A DNA stretch of 60,157 nucleotides, the filler included, from Sluysia triapertura (Eukaryota): assembly GCA_046118255.1 (NCBI GenBank). It is 5 parts of 5 records of this genome, joined end to end, with 100 filler letters (N's around TTAATTAATTAA, not from the genome) between each part and the next. Parts side by side here need not be neighbours in the genome. Positions count along the whole stretch, not along the records: positions 1 to 11,475 come from JBJNIA010184357.1; 4 more parts are not named here. One strand, given 5' to 3'. How positions within the stretch are numbered: the first letter of the stretch is position 1; each line of letters starts with the position of its first letter. Position numbers and translations under genes: made by a program. Under the pieces are notes generated by a model that had not been told where the DNA came from, searched no databases, and worked only from the letters and a program-made list of their open reading frames with translations. Positions 1-11,575 of this stretch are shown here, piece after piece.

Positions 1-2173
1 TATATATATATTCCAAGTATCACGTAATAAAAATATCATTGATTTAATGATTACATATCATATTAATGTTGTTCTACATTCAAGACAAACATTAAAATAA
101 TTATTACTAAATTCTATCTCTAATTTTAAGTATAAGATGACTTATGGGAAAACAAAACAGATAAGACTTCAAAAATTTTACAAAAATACCAGTGTAAGAC
201 AAAATATTAAGCACCGAAATCGGCAAACTTTATACAATGATAATATTCTGATTAAAATTATTTGTAAATTAATTACTTTTAAACTATTATAAATTTAAAT
301 ATATATATTAAAATGAAATAAAAAACGACCGTACAGTTGTTAAAACGAAAGACATAAGTCAGATTTTAATATTAAGTACAAAATAAAGCCATCTTATATT
401 TTTGTACATATAATTTAATAATTTATATTTTCCAACGATTTTGTACTTGAATTAAATCAAATAAGGAAATTAACTACGAATATTGTTTGGTTTATTCAAT
501 GTTGTTATCAACACTCTAAAGAAATAAAACAAAAAAAGAATTGAGTAAATATGTATATTGTTTTCAAACTAACGAATAACTCCAAATAGTATCTGTTATT
601 AAAGATAAGTAAATATGTTTTATTTTCCCTTATATAAAAAAACATTATTTATGATTATTTTAAGGAATATCATTTTCGGAGTTGTCCGTTAAAAAAGTAT
701 TTGTTGAAAAACTTATTATATTAATTTGTGTTTAAATGTCCTTTTAAAATTAGAATAAAACGCAACGGTGAATAATAAACAATATTAATATCTTATGTTA
801 TATTCTAAAAATGTTATTCAATAAACGATTATACGCTTTTTCATTATTCAAAGTTACTTAGAACTGCAAATAATTTTAATGTATTGCTTCCGTCAAAACT
901 AGAATTATTTATTTAAAATTAGTTTTAACACCTATGTTTTATGTTGTGCTAAAAATGTTATCCAATTTTACGCCTTATTTTCTGATTAGCATATAAAATG
1001 TTTATATTGTTACTTTTTACTCTTCTTATACATTATATTATTGATTACTATTTCTACTAAACTGTTTTTATTAACACTGTTTAATTACTTTCTTAATTAA
1101 TCCTATATTTGTGATATCTGCTGTGTTCAAAATATTTATTTAAAACATTGTTTTTAGTCACACTAACAGATTCTAATTTTTAAAAGTACACCAAATCTAA
1201 CGAGATACTTAATTGATATCATAGCTAATGCTGACAGTCTTGCTTATGACATAACTTTTAATTTTGAAAAACTTTAACCAATTATAAACTTGAAATATAA
1301 CTATTATGTTTGATATGTTTAAATTTATAGTTAAAATCAATATAAATTTAGCCACCTTTATGCTTCGATACGTTGATCAACAGGTCAGAGCAGATAAGCC
1401 TTGATAACCAAGTAATAGGAAATGTCATATTCGGCATTATAAGATTAATATTGGATATTTCTTGAAATAATTTATTACAATAATCCAATTTCGTAAATAA
1501 AAACTTTCACAAATTATTATTAATAATTTTTTGACTCATTACAAAATTCTGTACAATTATTAAGTTGAATATAAAAGGTATTAATTTTTTCTTACAAACA
1601 TAATATTTTAAAAACTTTTAAACCAAAATTTGCTTAAAAATATATTACACCTGTAAATATATTGCAGTTTCTTCTGGTTTTACTAAGATTGAAGTATTGT
1701 ATCAAGTTGTTACTGGTAATAATATACTATATGGTCATTATGCAGTTTTTTTTAAATTATTTTGAATAACTGCTACATCTAGTTTTAACGGAAGTTAATT
1801 GAAGCTGATAGACTCTGGTTCTAGGACTCACACCTTATATAGTGAAGTCTTATTAATGATTAAATACTTCAAATTATTATTATTATTATTATCATTATTA
1901 AATAAAATGTTAAATCAAATCGACTACTAAACTTAGTATAGTACAGTTGAATAAATTTAGACAAAATTGTTCCAAAAACTATAGAAAAATGAATTATAAA
2001 ATCTTATGTAATTTAAAAATATTAAAATTTTGATTAAAAAATACAATCTATTGTGGCAACAATATTAATATTCGTTTCTTAAAAAAGGGTGAAACTTTTT
2101 TACTTTAATGAACTTTAAATACGTTGAAGAAATAAAACAATGTAACAAACAAAATGAATGTGAAAAATGAAAA

Positions 2174-2468
2174 TCAGAGAATACGCGGACCGCGATATTC
2201 AGCCAAATCACACCAATAATCTTTCGGTTGATGTGTTTCTGCTAAATATATATATTGTTGTGGTACATTATTAGTAGTCGCCGAATCATTGTTATTTGTA
2301 TGTGGAAAATTGTCAGATGATTGATTGTTTGTGTGTTGAGGTTGATGATCTGGTGATGTATTAGCATTTAAATCACTACTTTCTAAATACGTATCACCAG
2401 AACCAGTTCTAGGACTACGAGAAGATCCGTTTTGATTAGACTGGATACTAGGTGGTTGCTTTGTTATA
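2174..2468 (-). CDS. Terminal coding exon of an unidentified gene (S/N/Q-rich, ends ...PKDYWCDLAEYRGPRIL*)
   Basis: Acceptor tttactacttag at 2469-2480 (- strand), then 1 nt plus 97 open codons to TGA at 2174-2176; GC-richer than the flanks. Missed by the ORF track because it has no start codon. Confidence 0.7.
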
Positions 2469-3265
2469 CTAAGTAGTAAATTTTAAAAATTAAGATTAAT
2501 TTTATTTGTAAATAAATTTAATTTGAAATATACAGAAATAACAGTCAGATCAAAAATAGAATGCGAGACACAGGTTCCGACTAAATACATTTAATTATAA
2601 GGTAGAGCGAAAAGCGATTTTGTAAAATAAAAATACACATACTAATACAAATCAGTATATAACTATAAAATAAATGCATATTAATGTATAAATAGATTGT
2701 AATGTGGTCAAACGAATGTTACATGTTATGGACAATTTAATTTGTTAAAAGAGTAAACAATTAATTTAGCCACTTAAAAAATAAACAAGTTAAGTAGAAA
2801 CGTTATGTAAATAAATTATTTGGAATTAATTAAATAAATAAATTGTTTCAATGAAATTAATTAGTTAAAGTAAATAACCTGCTTCCGCACCAAAATAATA
2901 TTATAAAATTGCAAAAAAATTTAAGTAATAAATAATACGCTGACAAAAGTCTACGATTGAAAAACAATTTATGGTTATTTTGATACAATATTCTACATCA
3001 AAATATACCCATTATTCCAATGATTATTCGAAGAACGACACATCCTTTTTTGTATTCCAAAATATTCCAAATCTATTTCGAACGATGAAATATATTAAAC
3101 GATCCACACTAAATTCTCGTGAAAAAAAATTATACACTAAGCTTTATATGATTAGGTTTTGTCGTCTTCCTTAAGATAAGACTTAAAATCCACTATATTT
3201 GTAAAGGTTTTTCCTTCCTAATTTAAGTTTAGCATTAATCTCTGTTTAAAATTCTTTAATCTAAT

Positions 3266-3589
3266 CAGTGGCGAACTAAGGCTAAAGCGGGCTCTAGGCA
3301 ACATTGTAATTCTAGGCCTATTTTTCAGTCATATGCATAATAAAGGCTCGATACACGCGAGGCTAGATCGTATTTACACACATCGACACTCGCGGGAGTG
3401 GATGCATAAGCGCGAGACATTCGACCACACTTGTCGACTTCTTCAATCAACGATATGGCATAATTTGGATACGTTTCAGCAGTACGTTTTTCTGTTAAAT
3501 AAAAATAAAAATTAAAACCTAATTTTCGGGCCACAAAAATTACGGGCCCTAGGCACAGCCTAGATTGCCTAGGCCTTAATCCGTCCCTG
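3266..3589. mobile_element. Non-autonomous hAT-type MITE
   Basis: Perfect 8-bp TSD AATCTAAT (3258-3265 and 3590-3597); imperfect TIRs CAGTGGCGAACTAAGGC / CAGGGACGGATTAAGGC; subterminal GGGCCC/TAGGC repeats. Confidence 0.85.
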
Positions 3590-3861
3590 AATCTAATGTT
3601 AAGTAATATTCTTAATATTTGAAGTATTATTTATTAGTATCTGTACTATCTTAAATTGTTATTTTAATTAAAAACCTTGAATTATTTAATTTTTACTGTA
3701 CCTTAATTGAATAACCAAGAAGATTAAAAAATAATTAATGATGTTAAAATAAAGAAAAGTTTAGTTATGATAATTGAGATTAAAAGTTACTAGTTTAAAT
3801 AAAAACTTGCGGCTCGAATTTATGATTCATAACAGATAGAAGACTCATTACTAAAATAATA

Positions 3862-4960
3862 ATGTAAAGGTGTAATTTATTTATATTTATTTGTGTTTAT
3901 TTTATTTGTGTATTTTATAATAGTTTTTATAATAGTTTTTATTTTATAAATATTATTATTATAGCCAAAATAAAAATATAAAATTAAATAAATAAAAAAT
4001 TAAGATAAAAAATATAAAGAAAATAAATTTTGATTAAATAAAAATTAGGTAAATTTTATTGTTTATTTAAATTTATTTTTAGGAATACAAAAAATTATTT
4101 TAGTTTATTTTTAGAAAAATTTTAATAAAGAAAAATTATCTTTAGAAAAAATTTAATTATTCAGAAAGAAAAAAATAATAATAAAATTTTGTCCAAGTAA
4201 GTATAAATAGGATAACTTAAAACAATTTAGGCACAAGTTATCAACGCAAGTTAGCAGCGCAAGTTATTAACTCAAGAAATCAACACAACGGCAACAAGAA
4301 AAGATTAAGAACTAAATCTTCAATATTTGTTTCACCCTAAGTGGGAATATCTAAAATCTTAGGTAAATTACTGCATATTTTTCAACACCTTAAAACAGGG
4401 TTGAGTAATTTTCAAGTTAAAATATATATAATCAATCGAGAGATTGAATTATTTTAAATTCATATTGTTACTATTGTTTGTCTTGTATATTAGTTTTTGT
4501 TCGTATATGACAAGTAAAAAATAAATTATTAGAGAGTTTAATAGTTATTATTAAGTTTCTATTTGAATTTGAATTAAATAAAGAATATAACCAAATAAAT
4601 CACTAAGTTAAAATCCTTATTTTGCAACAACACCTTAATCAAAGGGTTGTGTAATACAAATAAAATATTATTTTCGATACATGTCAGTAAGAGAGTTGTG
4701 TAACTTATTTTTCTCAACAACACCTTAATAAAAGGGTTGTGTAACCTAATTAAAATCAAAAGATCCAAGAGGTTGAGTTGAGCTTATTTGGTTATACTGA
4801 TTAGTGATTTAAGTTAAGTTACTTGATTTAAAACCCTAATAGTACGTCTCCAGAATTAGTATAAAACGTATATATTAGGTGGACTGAACCCTCAGATAAT
4901 TTGATATTAAGTGTAAGTTAAATTATATAAAAACACCAGCAGTATTTTGAATTCTATACA
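3862..4960. mobile_element. Probable solo LTR or LTR-like repeat (ends approximate)
   Basis: Starts TGTAA; internal 13-bp and hairpin repeats; 3' part loosely resembles the LTR end at 37590-37675. No TSD found. Confidence 0.35.
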
Positions 4961-5809
4961 CTAACTAGACAATCCCAACAGAAGGGGCCTTAAGCCCATG
5001 TTTCGTAATATTATTTATAATAATGTTGTTTTTAAAGATAAGGTGATTTTATATTTCAAGCGCCCAAACGTAAGCCAACCGTTTCAGACATAAACTATTG
5101 TTTAATTAACCTTGCGAATCAAATGAACATTTATTTATGATAGTTTAATATTTATTTTTGAGAACTAACATTTATTTAGGATAATTAACTTTATTTTGTA
5201 TAAATTAGTATTTTTTCTTGATAATTAATAATGTGTAATATAATTTCGGTTAAGTCGTATTTTAATTTTCTGAATTTTGATTTTAAAAGATATTTAATTA
5301 TACGAGATTTAGATCTGGCGAATGATTTAATACGTAACAACTTCATATGAGAAACCCATGTTAATAATAATGAATAAATAACTATAATTATTAAAAATAG
5401 GTATTTTATTTTTAATTTAATATTAATAACATTATTATGTTAGTTTTGTTTTAATATTCAATATTCATTTTAATATTCATTTTTTAAATTCACCGCATTT
5501 ATTATACATTTAATTTTATTATAAATTTAGTTTTTATAAAAAACTGTTACGAAATTTTTAAGTCTAATCAAAGTCAAACAATAGAAATAATAACATTAAT
5601 GAATCAATAATTATAATTAATAAAAATAAGTTTTTTATTTTTGTTAATGACATGTTAATTTTTAATTCGTTAACATTTTAATATTAATAACATGTTATGT
5701 GGTTTCTGTTACTTTTGTTTTAATATTCATATAAAATTAATTATATTTTTTAAATACAATGTATTTGTTATAAATTTACATCCAATCGGTTTTTTTTAAT
5801 TTAATTTTA

Positions 5810-6229
5810 ATGAAAAACTTTTACGAAATTTTAGAATCCAATCAAAATGATACAATAGAAATTATTAAAAAAAATTACAAAAGATTGTGCATAAAATATC
5901 ACCCGGACAAATGTGGAATATCTAGTCCAGAAGTAAATTTAAATTTTGATTTAATTATCAAAGCATGGAATACATTAAGTGATTCTGCAAGTCGTATGAA
6001 GTATGATGCAATTTTGTATCTTCAAGAACATTCTCGTGGTTTTATTGTCGATGATGTAGTCACATTAGATAAATTTGAGAAAATTGAGAATGTTTTAGTT
6101 TATCCTTGTAGGTGTGGTGGTTTTTTCAAGCTCGAGATTGAAAATATTGGTGAAACTGAATTAATACTTTGTGATGGTTGCTCTTTAAGTATTCAAATTG
6201 ATTATAAAAACATCAATAGACATTGCTAA
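5810..6229 (+). CDS. DPH4: DPH4/DNAJC24, diphthamide biosynthesis J-domain protein with CSL zinc finger; single exon, 139 aa
   Basis: N-terminal J domain (NFYEILE...KYHPDK...AWNTLSD...YD) followed by YPCRCGG...CDGCSL, the diagnostic J + CSL architecture. Confidence 0.93.
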   Translation: MKNFYEILESNQNDTIEIIKKNYKRLCIKYHPDKCGISSPEVNLNFDLIIKAWNTLSDSASRMKYDAILYLQEHSRGFIVDDVVTLDKFEKIENVLVYPCRCGGFFKLEIENIGETELILCDGCSLSIQIDYKNINRHC

Positions 6230-6949
6230 TGTAAAAGTGGATAATTAATATATATGTTTTTTAAATATTGAAAACGATGATATTTTGTGTAGAAAATAAA
6301 CTAAATTAATTAAGCAAAGTATGTTTACTGAAATTAAAAATAATGCATAAAATGCCTCGATGTTCATTTTTTATTTAATATATGTGTGGCTATCAAATAA
6401 ATCATTGCATATTTCATGAGAGTACGATGCTTAGGCCATTGTAATGTTCACATATACATAAGAATAATGGAGGAAACTATGCAAATGTTAAGTCTAGGCA
6501 CAGAACATCTAATGATTTGTATGATACGTGCATGAATCACTTTAAATACTTAGCACTGAATTTGCTATATCTATCATTATCACTGAACTATTTTTCATAA
6601 ATAATTTGTTAACCATAGTAAGAATCTATGTTTATTTTACATTCGGAAGCTAAGAATCTTGAAAATAAAATTTTGCATTTTAACTATGAAATGAGCAATT
6701 TGTATGGTTTATATTTATAATATTTGTGTTATAGCATCCCAAAATCTTAATATACAAGCAATGTGTAAAGTGAAACGATATTAAAATAAAATACACTAAA
6801 TTTCGGATGTTTAACTAATTTTTAACAATGGTATTGTACCTTCCGCATTTATAATTAATAATTTACTACATAAATTGCAATAATTGGTTCATAAATTAAT
6901 AAATAAAACATGCATTACATCAATTAATCAAATTCATTTGAATTGAACA

Positions 6950-7381
6950 TTATTGTTTTGTAATCATTTTTGCAATTGACTTAATTGCCAAATGTATACA
7001 AAAGCTTTGACCTAAAACAACCAAAACCCAAGATGATATATTTTTATGAATTTTAACCAACACGAAAATACCACTAATACTGGCAATAATTGCAATCATA
7101 CTGATTATAACTCTAAGTACTATGAGCCATTTTGACCAACGATACTTTTCACTAATACAAGCCGCAATTTCCAAAAGAAATACAATGGCTGTTACAGATG
7201 CACCAAGTAATAGTAAAATTTTTGAAATCATATATAAATGATGATCGTCACGCTGTGGGCAATTTTCCAATACTATGTTACCACATTCGCCCCATTTATT
7301 TGTACACAAACCTAAAACCATAGCAGATAAACCAAAAAGAACGTGAAAAAATGGCGTAGATAAATAAAGTTCACTTGGCAT
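6950..7381 (-). CDS. Small four-transmembrane protein, claudin/PMP22-like, 143 aa
   Basis: Clean ORF with four hydrophobic segments; short loop after TM1 with W-G-E-C-G...C; acceptor 9 nt upstream of the ATG. Confidence 0.75.
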   Translation of the reverse strand: MPSELYLSTPFFHVLFGLSAMVLGLCTNKWGECGNIVLENCPQRDDHHLYMISKILLLLGASVTAIVFLLEIAACISEKYRWSKWLIVLRVIISMIAIIASISGIFVLVKIHKNISSWVLVVLGQSFCIHLAIKSIAKMITKQ

Positions 7382-7390
7382 TCGTATTCT

Positions 7391-7610
7391 CTGAATGTTA
7401 AAATTTAGTTGAAATTAAACAATAGTTTATTATATTGTCCTTTTATTTACATAGTATGGCAAGTTAGATTATATATAATTTTGAGAAAATCAATTGCTTC
7501 TAAATAAACAAATGTACACAAGGTTAGGTGATATTTTAAAATTATTTAATTTAAGTATTTATACTACATAAATTTATTTTTGGTGACTTTAATTATCTTC
7601 GGATACTTAC
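7391..7610 (-). other. Probable 5'-UTR intron of the four-TM gene
   Basis: Donor GTAAGT at 7610-7605 and acceptor ttttaacattcAG ending at 7391 on the - strand. Confidence 0.55.
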
Positions 7611-7835
7611 AGGTAAAAAATAGTTTTGTTTAATTAATTAGTTGTTAGGTAAAAACTATATAAATATTGTATTTTTTTATGTAAGATGTATATATCTAAT
7701 GTTTTATTTGAAATAATTTCATGTTTTACAGTGTTATTAAATTATTTTATAAAAGGTTTTAAATTTTTAAATATCCATATAATTCATAATAAAATTATAA
7801 AAATTAATAACTTTCCTTATTCAATATCAATAATT
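7611..7835. promoter_or_regulatory. Putative compact bidirectional promoter between the four-TM gene and TBCB
   Basis: Only 225 bp between the - strand 5'-UTR donor and the TBCB ATG. Confidence 0.45.
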
Positions 7836-9449
7836 ATGAGTTACATTAAATTTTTCATAACTAACAATGCCACTAAGGTTCAGTGTGAAAAGCGATACCC
7901 TTTAAATTTAACTATTGGTGAATTTAAAGTAAATATTAAGAAAAAGTTATTTTAATGTTTAGGCTAAACTAGAATTAGTAACTGGATGTGATCATCGTGC
8001 TGTAAAATTGGAAGCATTCAATAATGATGATGAATTAATTTGTGTTTTAGATGATAATATGAAATCAATTGGTGATTATCCTGTTAAAGATGGATTTCGT
8101 ATTCATGCTACTGATCCGAACTTAAAAGGAGGTGAATTTGATGTACCTGATGATGATTCACAGCAGTTATATGAAATTTCTTATGAAGAATATGCAAAGA
8201 GGGAAGATACTGTTTTAGCTTTTAAGCGAAGAAACAAATTAGGTCAATTTCGAGAAATAGATCCTGAAGAAGAAAGGCGGAAGAAAGAAATTGAAGAAAA
8301 AAAACTTAACGAAGAAAAAGAAGCAGCAGAAAGTATGAAAATTGGTGATCGGTTAGTACAATGAACAGTATAAAATAAATAATATTAATAAAATATTTTA
8401 GATTAATATTAATATAATTCATTGATCATGTTTGTAGAATGAATTTAAATGTAAAAAATTTATTGGATATTTAATTTAAATTCATAGAGAAATAAAATTA
8501 GTTGTTTTTCTTCAGTTGTGAAGTAACAGTGCCAAAACAATCAGCAAAACGTGGAACAGTTAAGTATATCGGTTTGTTTAATTTAATTTATTATTTGATA
8601 AGGTTAATGAGTTTTGTGATTCTTGTATATGCATTTGTTTGTGGCATTTTTATTATTTTCAACAATGTGGAATGGAATAAATGTATTACTAGTGACATAT
8701 TTACACCAAATTTTTTTAATTGCCCTTGTCAGACCTACAGCTCCACATATGTTTCATAAATCTCAAATTGATGTGATCATGCGCCACTTGCAGTGACTTT
8801 TGTGAGATTTTACTAAATTATTATCTCTAAGAAATTAAAAATGAATTACTTCTAGTCATTTTTATTACATATTAATGCTGTTTGTTTGTTATGATTTTAT
8901 TATTATAAAGTTATTTCTGAAGTGACAAAGTTTAATTCTGTTCAGGTAAAGTACATTTCAAAAATGGATATTGGGTTGGAATACAGTACGATGAACCATC
9001 GGGTCTCAATAATGGATCGTTAGTGTTTTAGTTCATTTTTACAAACTTTTATACGATTCAAAACGTCTAAAGTGAAGAGCAACTTAATAATTTATTGAAT
9101 TCGTTCAAATTTTGTCGACAGTGTTGACACAGATGGCTTTAAAAATAGCAGTAAAGGAGATAAAATTCACATAAATTAGTAACATGTAGATAACACGTAC
9201 TAAGTCATCTAAGTGTGATGCTGATAAGGGTAGACCAGATGGAGTTAGTAAGAAAAGGTGATGTTTTAAGAATTACTATCTGAAGAAATCTTTACATTTG
9301 TATTATTTGTGGTTTGATTTATTTATTTTAGTGTCGATGGCAAGTTCTATTTCAGTTGCCCTGATAAGTATGGTGCGTTTGTGAAGCCACAGTTCGTTGC
9401 TGTTGGAGATTATCCTGAATTAGGATTGGATGATTTAGATGAAATATAA
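7836..9449 (+). CDS. TBCB: Tubulin-folding cofactor B; exons 7836-7928, 7963-8351, 8516-8571, 8946-9018, 9332-9449
   Basis: All four introns GT-AG with matching phases. Ubiquitin-like domain ([22 protein letters not shown]), coiled coil ([20 protein letters not shown]), CAP-Gly ([37 protein letters not shown]), typical end [14 protein letters not shown]. Confidence 0.95.
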
Positions 9450-9769
9450 TTAATTTTGTTTTGATATTTTCAACCGCTGTCTGGTTGTCAGAAAAGAATG
9501 TGAAACTATTTAAATTTAATTTTCCTATAAAAATTGAATCAACAAAGGATTCAGTTACTGTTTTATTTCGATACTGCAATTTATGGCCCCGTTTGAGGAT
9601 TGTAAATACATAATTGTATCTGGTAGTTCTGGTTTTATGGCAAGTTTTATTTACATTCAGTAGGACATGTGGCACATAGCATATGAGTGGTTACGATTAA
9701 CTGTTGTGCTTGTACAGGCACTTGCGTTTTTATACAATTGTGACAGTGTAATCATAATCTACAATTATG

Positions 9770-10271
9770 CAGGATGTCTCAAAAGTAACTGAACTGCAAA
9801 CTTATATAAGAATTAGATGCCAAAAACGACAAATTTAATATCTTTTATGTCATCTTCGCTACTATTCATTTCATTCTGCGAATAGTAGTCTTTGGAATGA
9901 CTTATTGCATGATCTTATTGATTTTCTTCTGACATAATTGCTTGATTTTTCTTAAACCCTCATTCTTAAAAATGCAGTGAAGGAATTTAGATTTAAACGA
10001 ACATACTTTCGTTATTAAGAATTACTATGCAAGGATAAGCTACAAGTATGTTGAAGAAAGATGGGGTGCAAACTGCAGAACACCTATACTGAGTAAGCCG
10101 ACAATGTTCAATCTTGCATCCAAGTTTAAAATGGAGGTGTGTCAAATGCTCCGATGTCGTGCTTGTATTGAAGTTCAAGGTGGAGATTTTGAACATTTGT
10201 AAATACTAAATATAACTTTTAAATTTGTCGATTTGATATCTAATTTTCATTTAAGTTTGCGGTTCGGTTAC
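9770..10271 (+). mobile_element. Internally deleted Tc1/mariner-superfamily element, same family as 32748-33459
   Basis: Left TIR CAGGATGTCTCAAAAGTAACTGAACTGCAAACTT; transposase C-terminus CIEVQGGDFEHL*; right TIR truncated at ...GCGGTTCGGTTAC. Confidence 0.85.
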
Positions 10272-11195
10272 AATATAAATATCTTTAAATAAAAAGATAT
10301 AGTGCACTTAATTTGAGATGCAAACAGATAGAGTTAGATATTAGATAGAAACAGTAAAAGCGAGGAAACATGCCATTAAAGTAAAATATAATTACCCATT
10401 TTAATAAAATTTTTAATGTAATTGCCTTCGGCATCCAATTTATCATATTCAAGCAATTAAAAGAAGATAATGTGATTTGTGATGAACAATTCTTTTATTA
10501 ACTTAAAATCAAAATTTAACATGATTCTCATAATAATGTTTACTGTTTGAATAACGTATCAACTTAAACATAAAATCAATTTTTGCAAAATTTATTTTCC
10601 ACAATAATTTTTAATACAATACTTTTCACATTAACTATACGTTACACGTCGATTTCAATGACATGCATTAATTGGTATTGTTGTGTCTTTAAAATTATTA
10701 GCTATTAATACGACTCAATATTAACTTGATTAGCTGAAAGGAACCTTAATAATTTAAATAGTCGGTATATCGAATATATTTCTGCCGTAATCTTTTATAA
10801 TATTAATAACTATTATACCAAATTTATGTTCTTGAAAATCAAATCAAAACTAAGACAATGATGCACTATTAAACAAACAAAAACTAATATAATTTATTAT
10901 CAACAAGAATCTTTACTAAGTACCGAAAACAACAAAAATAACAATAGCGTTTATAATAAAATCAAGGATATTACAATCTAATTAAGACAATACAACCAGA
11001 AGTGACGCAACAGACACTAACAATATCAATATCTAGAAAATTAATAGCAATTATGTTATTTAAATGTTTCTGGTCAACGTAACTAAGAATGATTGTGACT
11101 ACGGTAAAATTCTTTGGTAATAATAACTTTAAAGAAAAACTTAGCAGTAATTTCCAGAGATAAAATACTTAATATTTTGATAGAATAAGTTGCTG

Positions 11196-11425
11196 AGGGA
11201 GTTTCTATTCAATTCACCTTAAAAATAACTAAAAATCAAATATAGTCTTAACAAAAATTGCGTAGGGAGTTTCTATTCAATTCACCTTAACAATAGCTGA
11301 AAATCAAATACAATCTAAATATAAAATTCAACAAAAATTACGTGAAATGTTTCTCAATTAATTATCTTAAAAATAGTTTTTTAACAAAAATTGCATAAGG
11401 AGTTTCTTATCAACTTACCTTTAAA
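11196..11425. repeat. Degenerate tandem repeat, unit about 68 bp
   Basis: AGGGAGTTTCTATTCAATTCACCTTAA at 11196 and 11264, with diverged copies near 11345 and 11398. Confidence 0.7.
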
Positions 11426-11475
11426 ATAGCTTAAAAAATTAACTAAAAATGACACAATATTAAAATTATTCAAAT

Positions 11476-11575
11476 NNNNNNNNNNNNNNNNNNNNNNNNN
11501 NNNNNNNNNNNNNNNNNNNTTAATTAATTAANNNNNNNNNNNNNNNNNNNNNNNNNNNNNNNNNNNNNNNNNNNN
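11476..11575. other. Assembly spacer N44-TTAATTAATTAA-N44
   Basis: Identical 100-bp construct occurs four times; the core gives stops in all six frames. Confidence 0.97.

Noticed and set aside
7686-8759. ORFs 7686-7955, 8008-8364 and 8502-8759 as separate genes
   Set aside because: They are TBCB exons read into flanking introns.
11520-11531. Recurring TTAATTAATTAA palindrome as a biological motif
   Set aside because: Always centred in identical N runs; a synthetic spacer.
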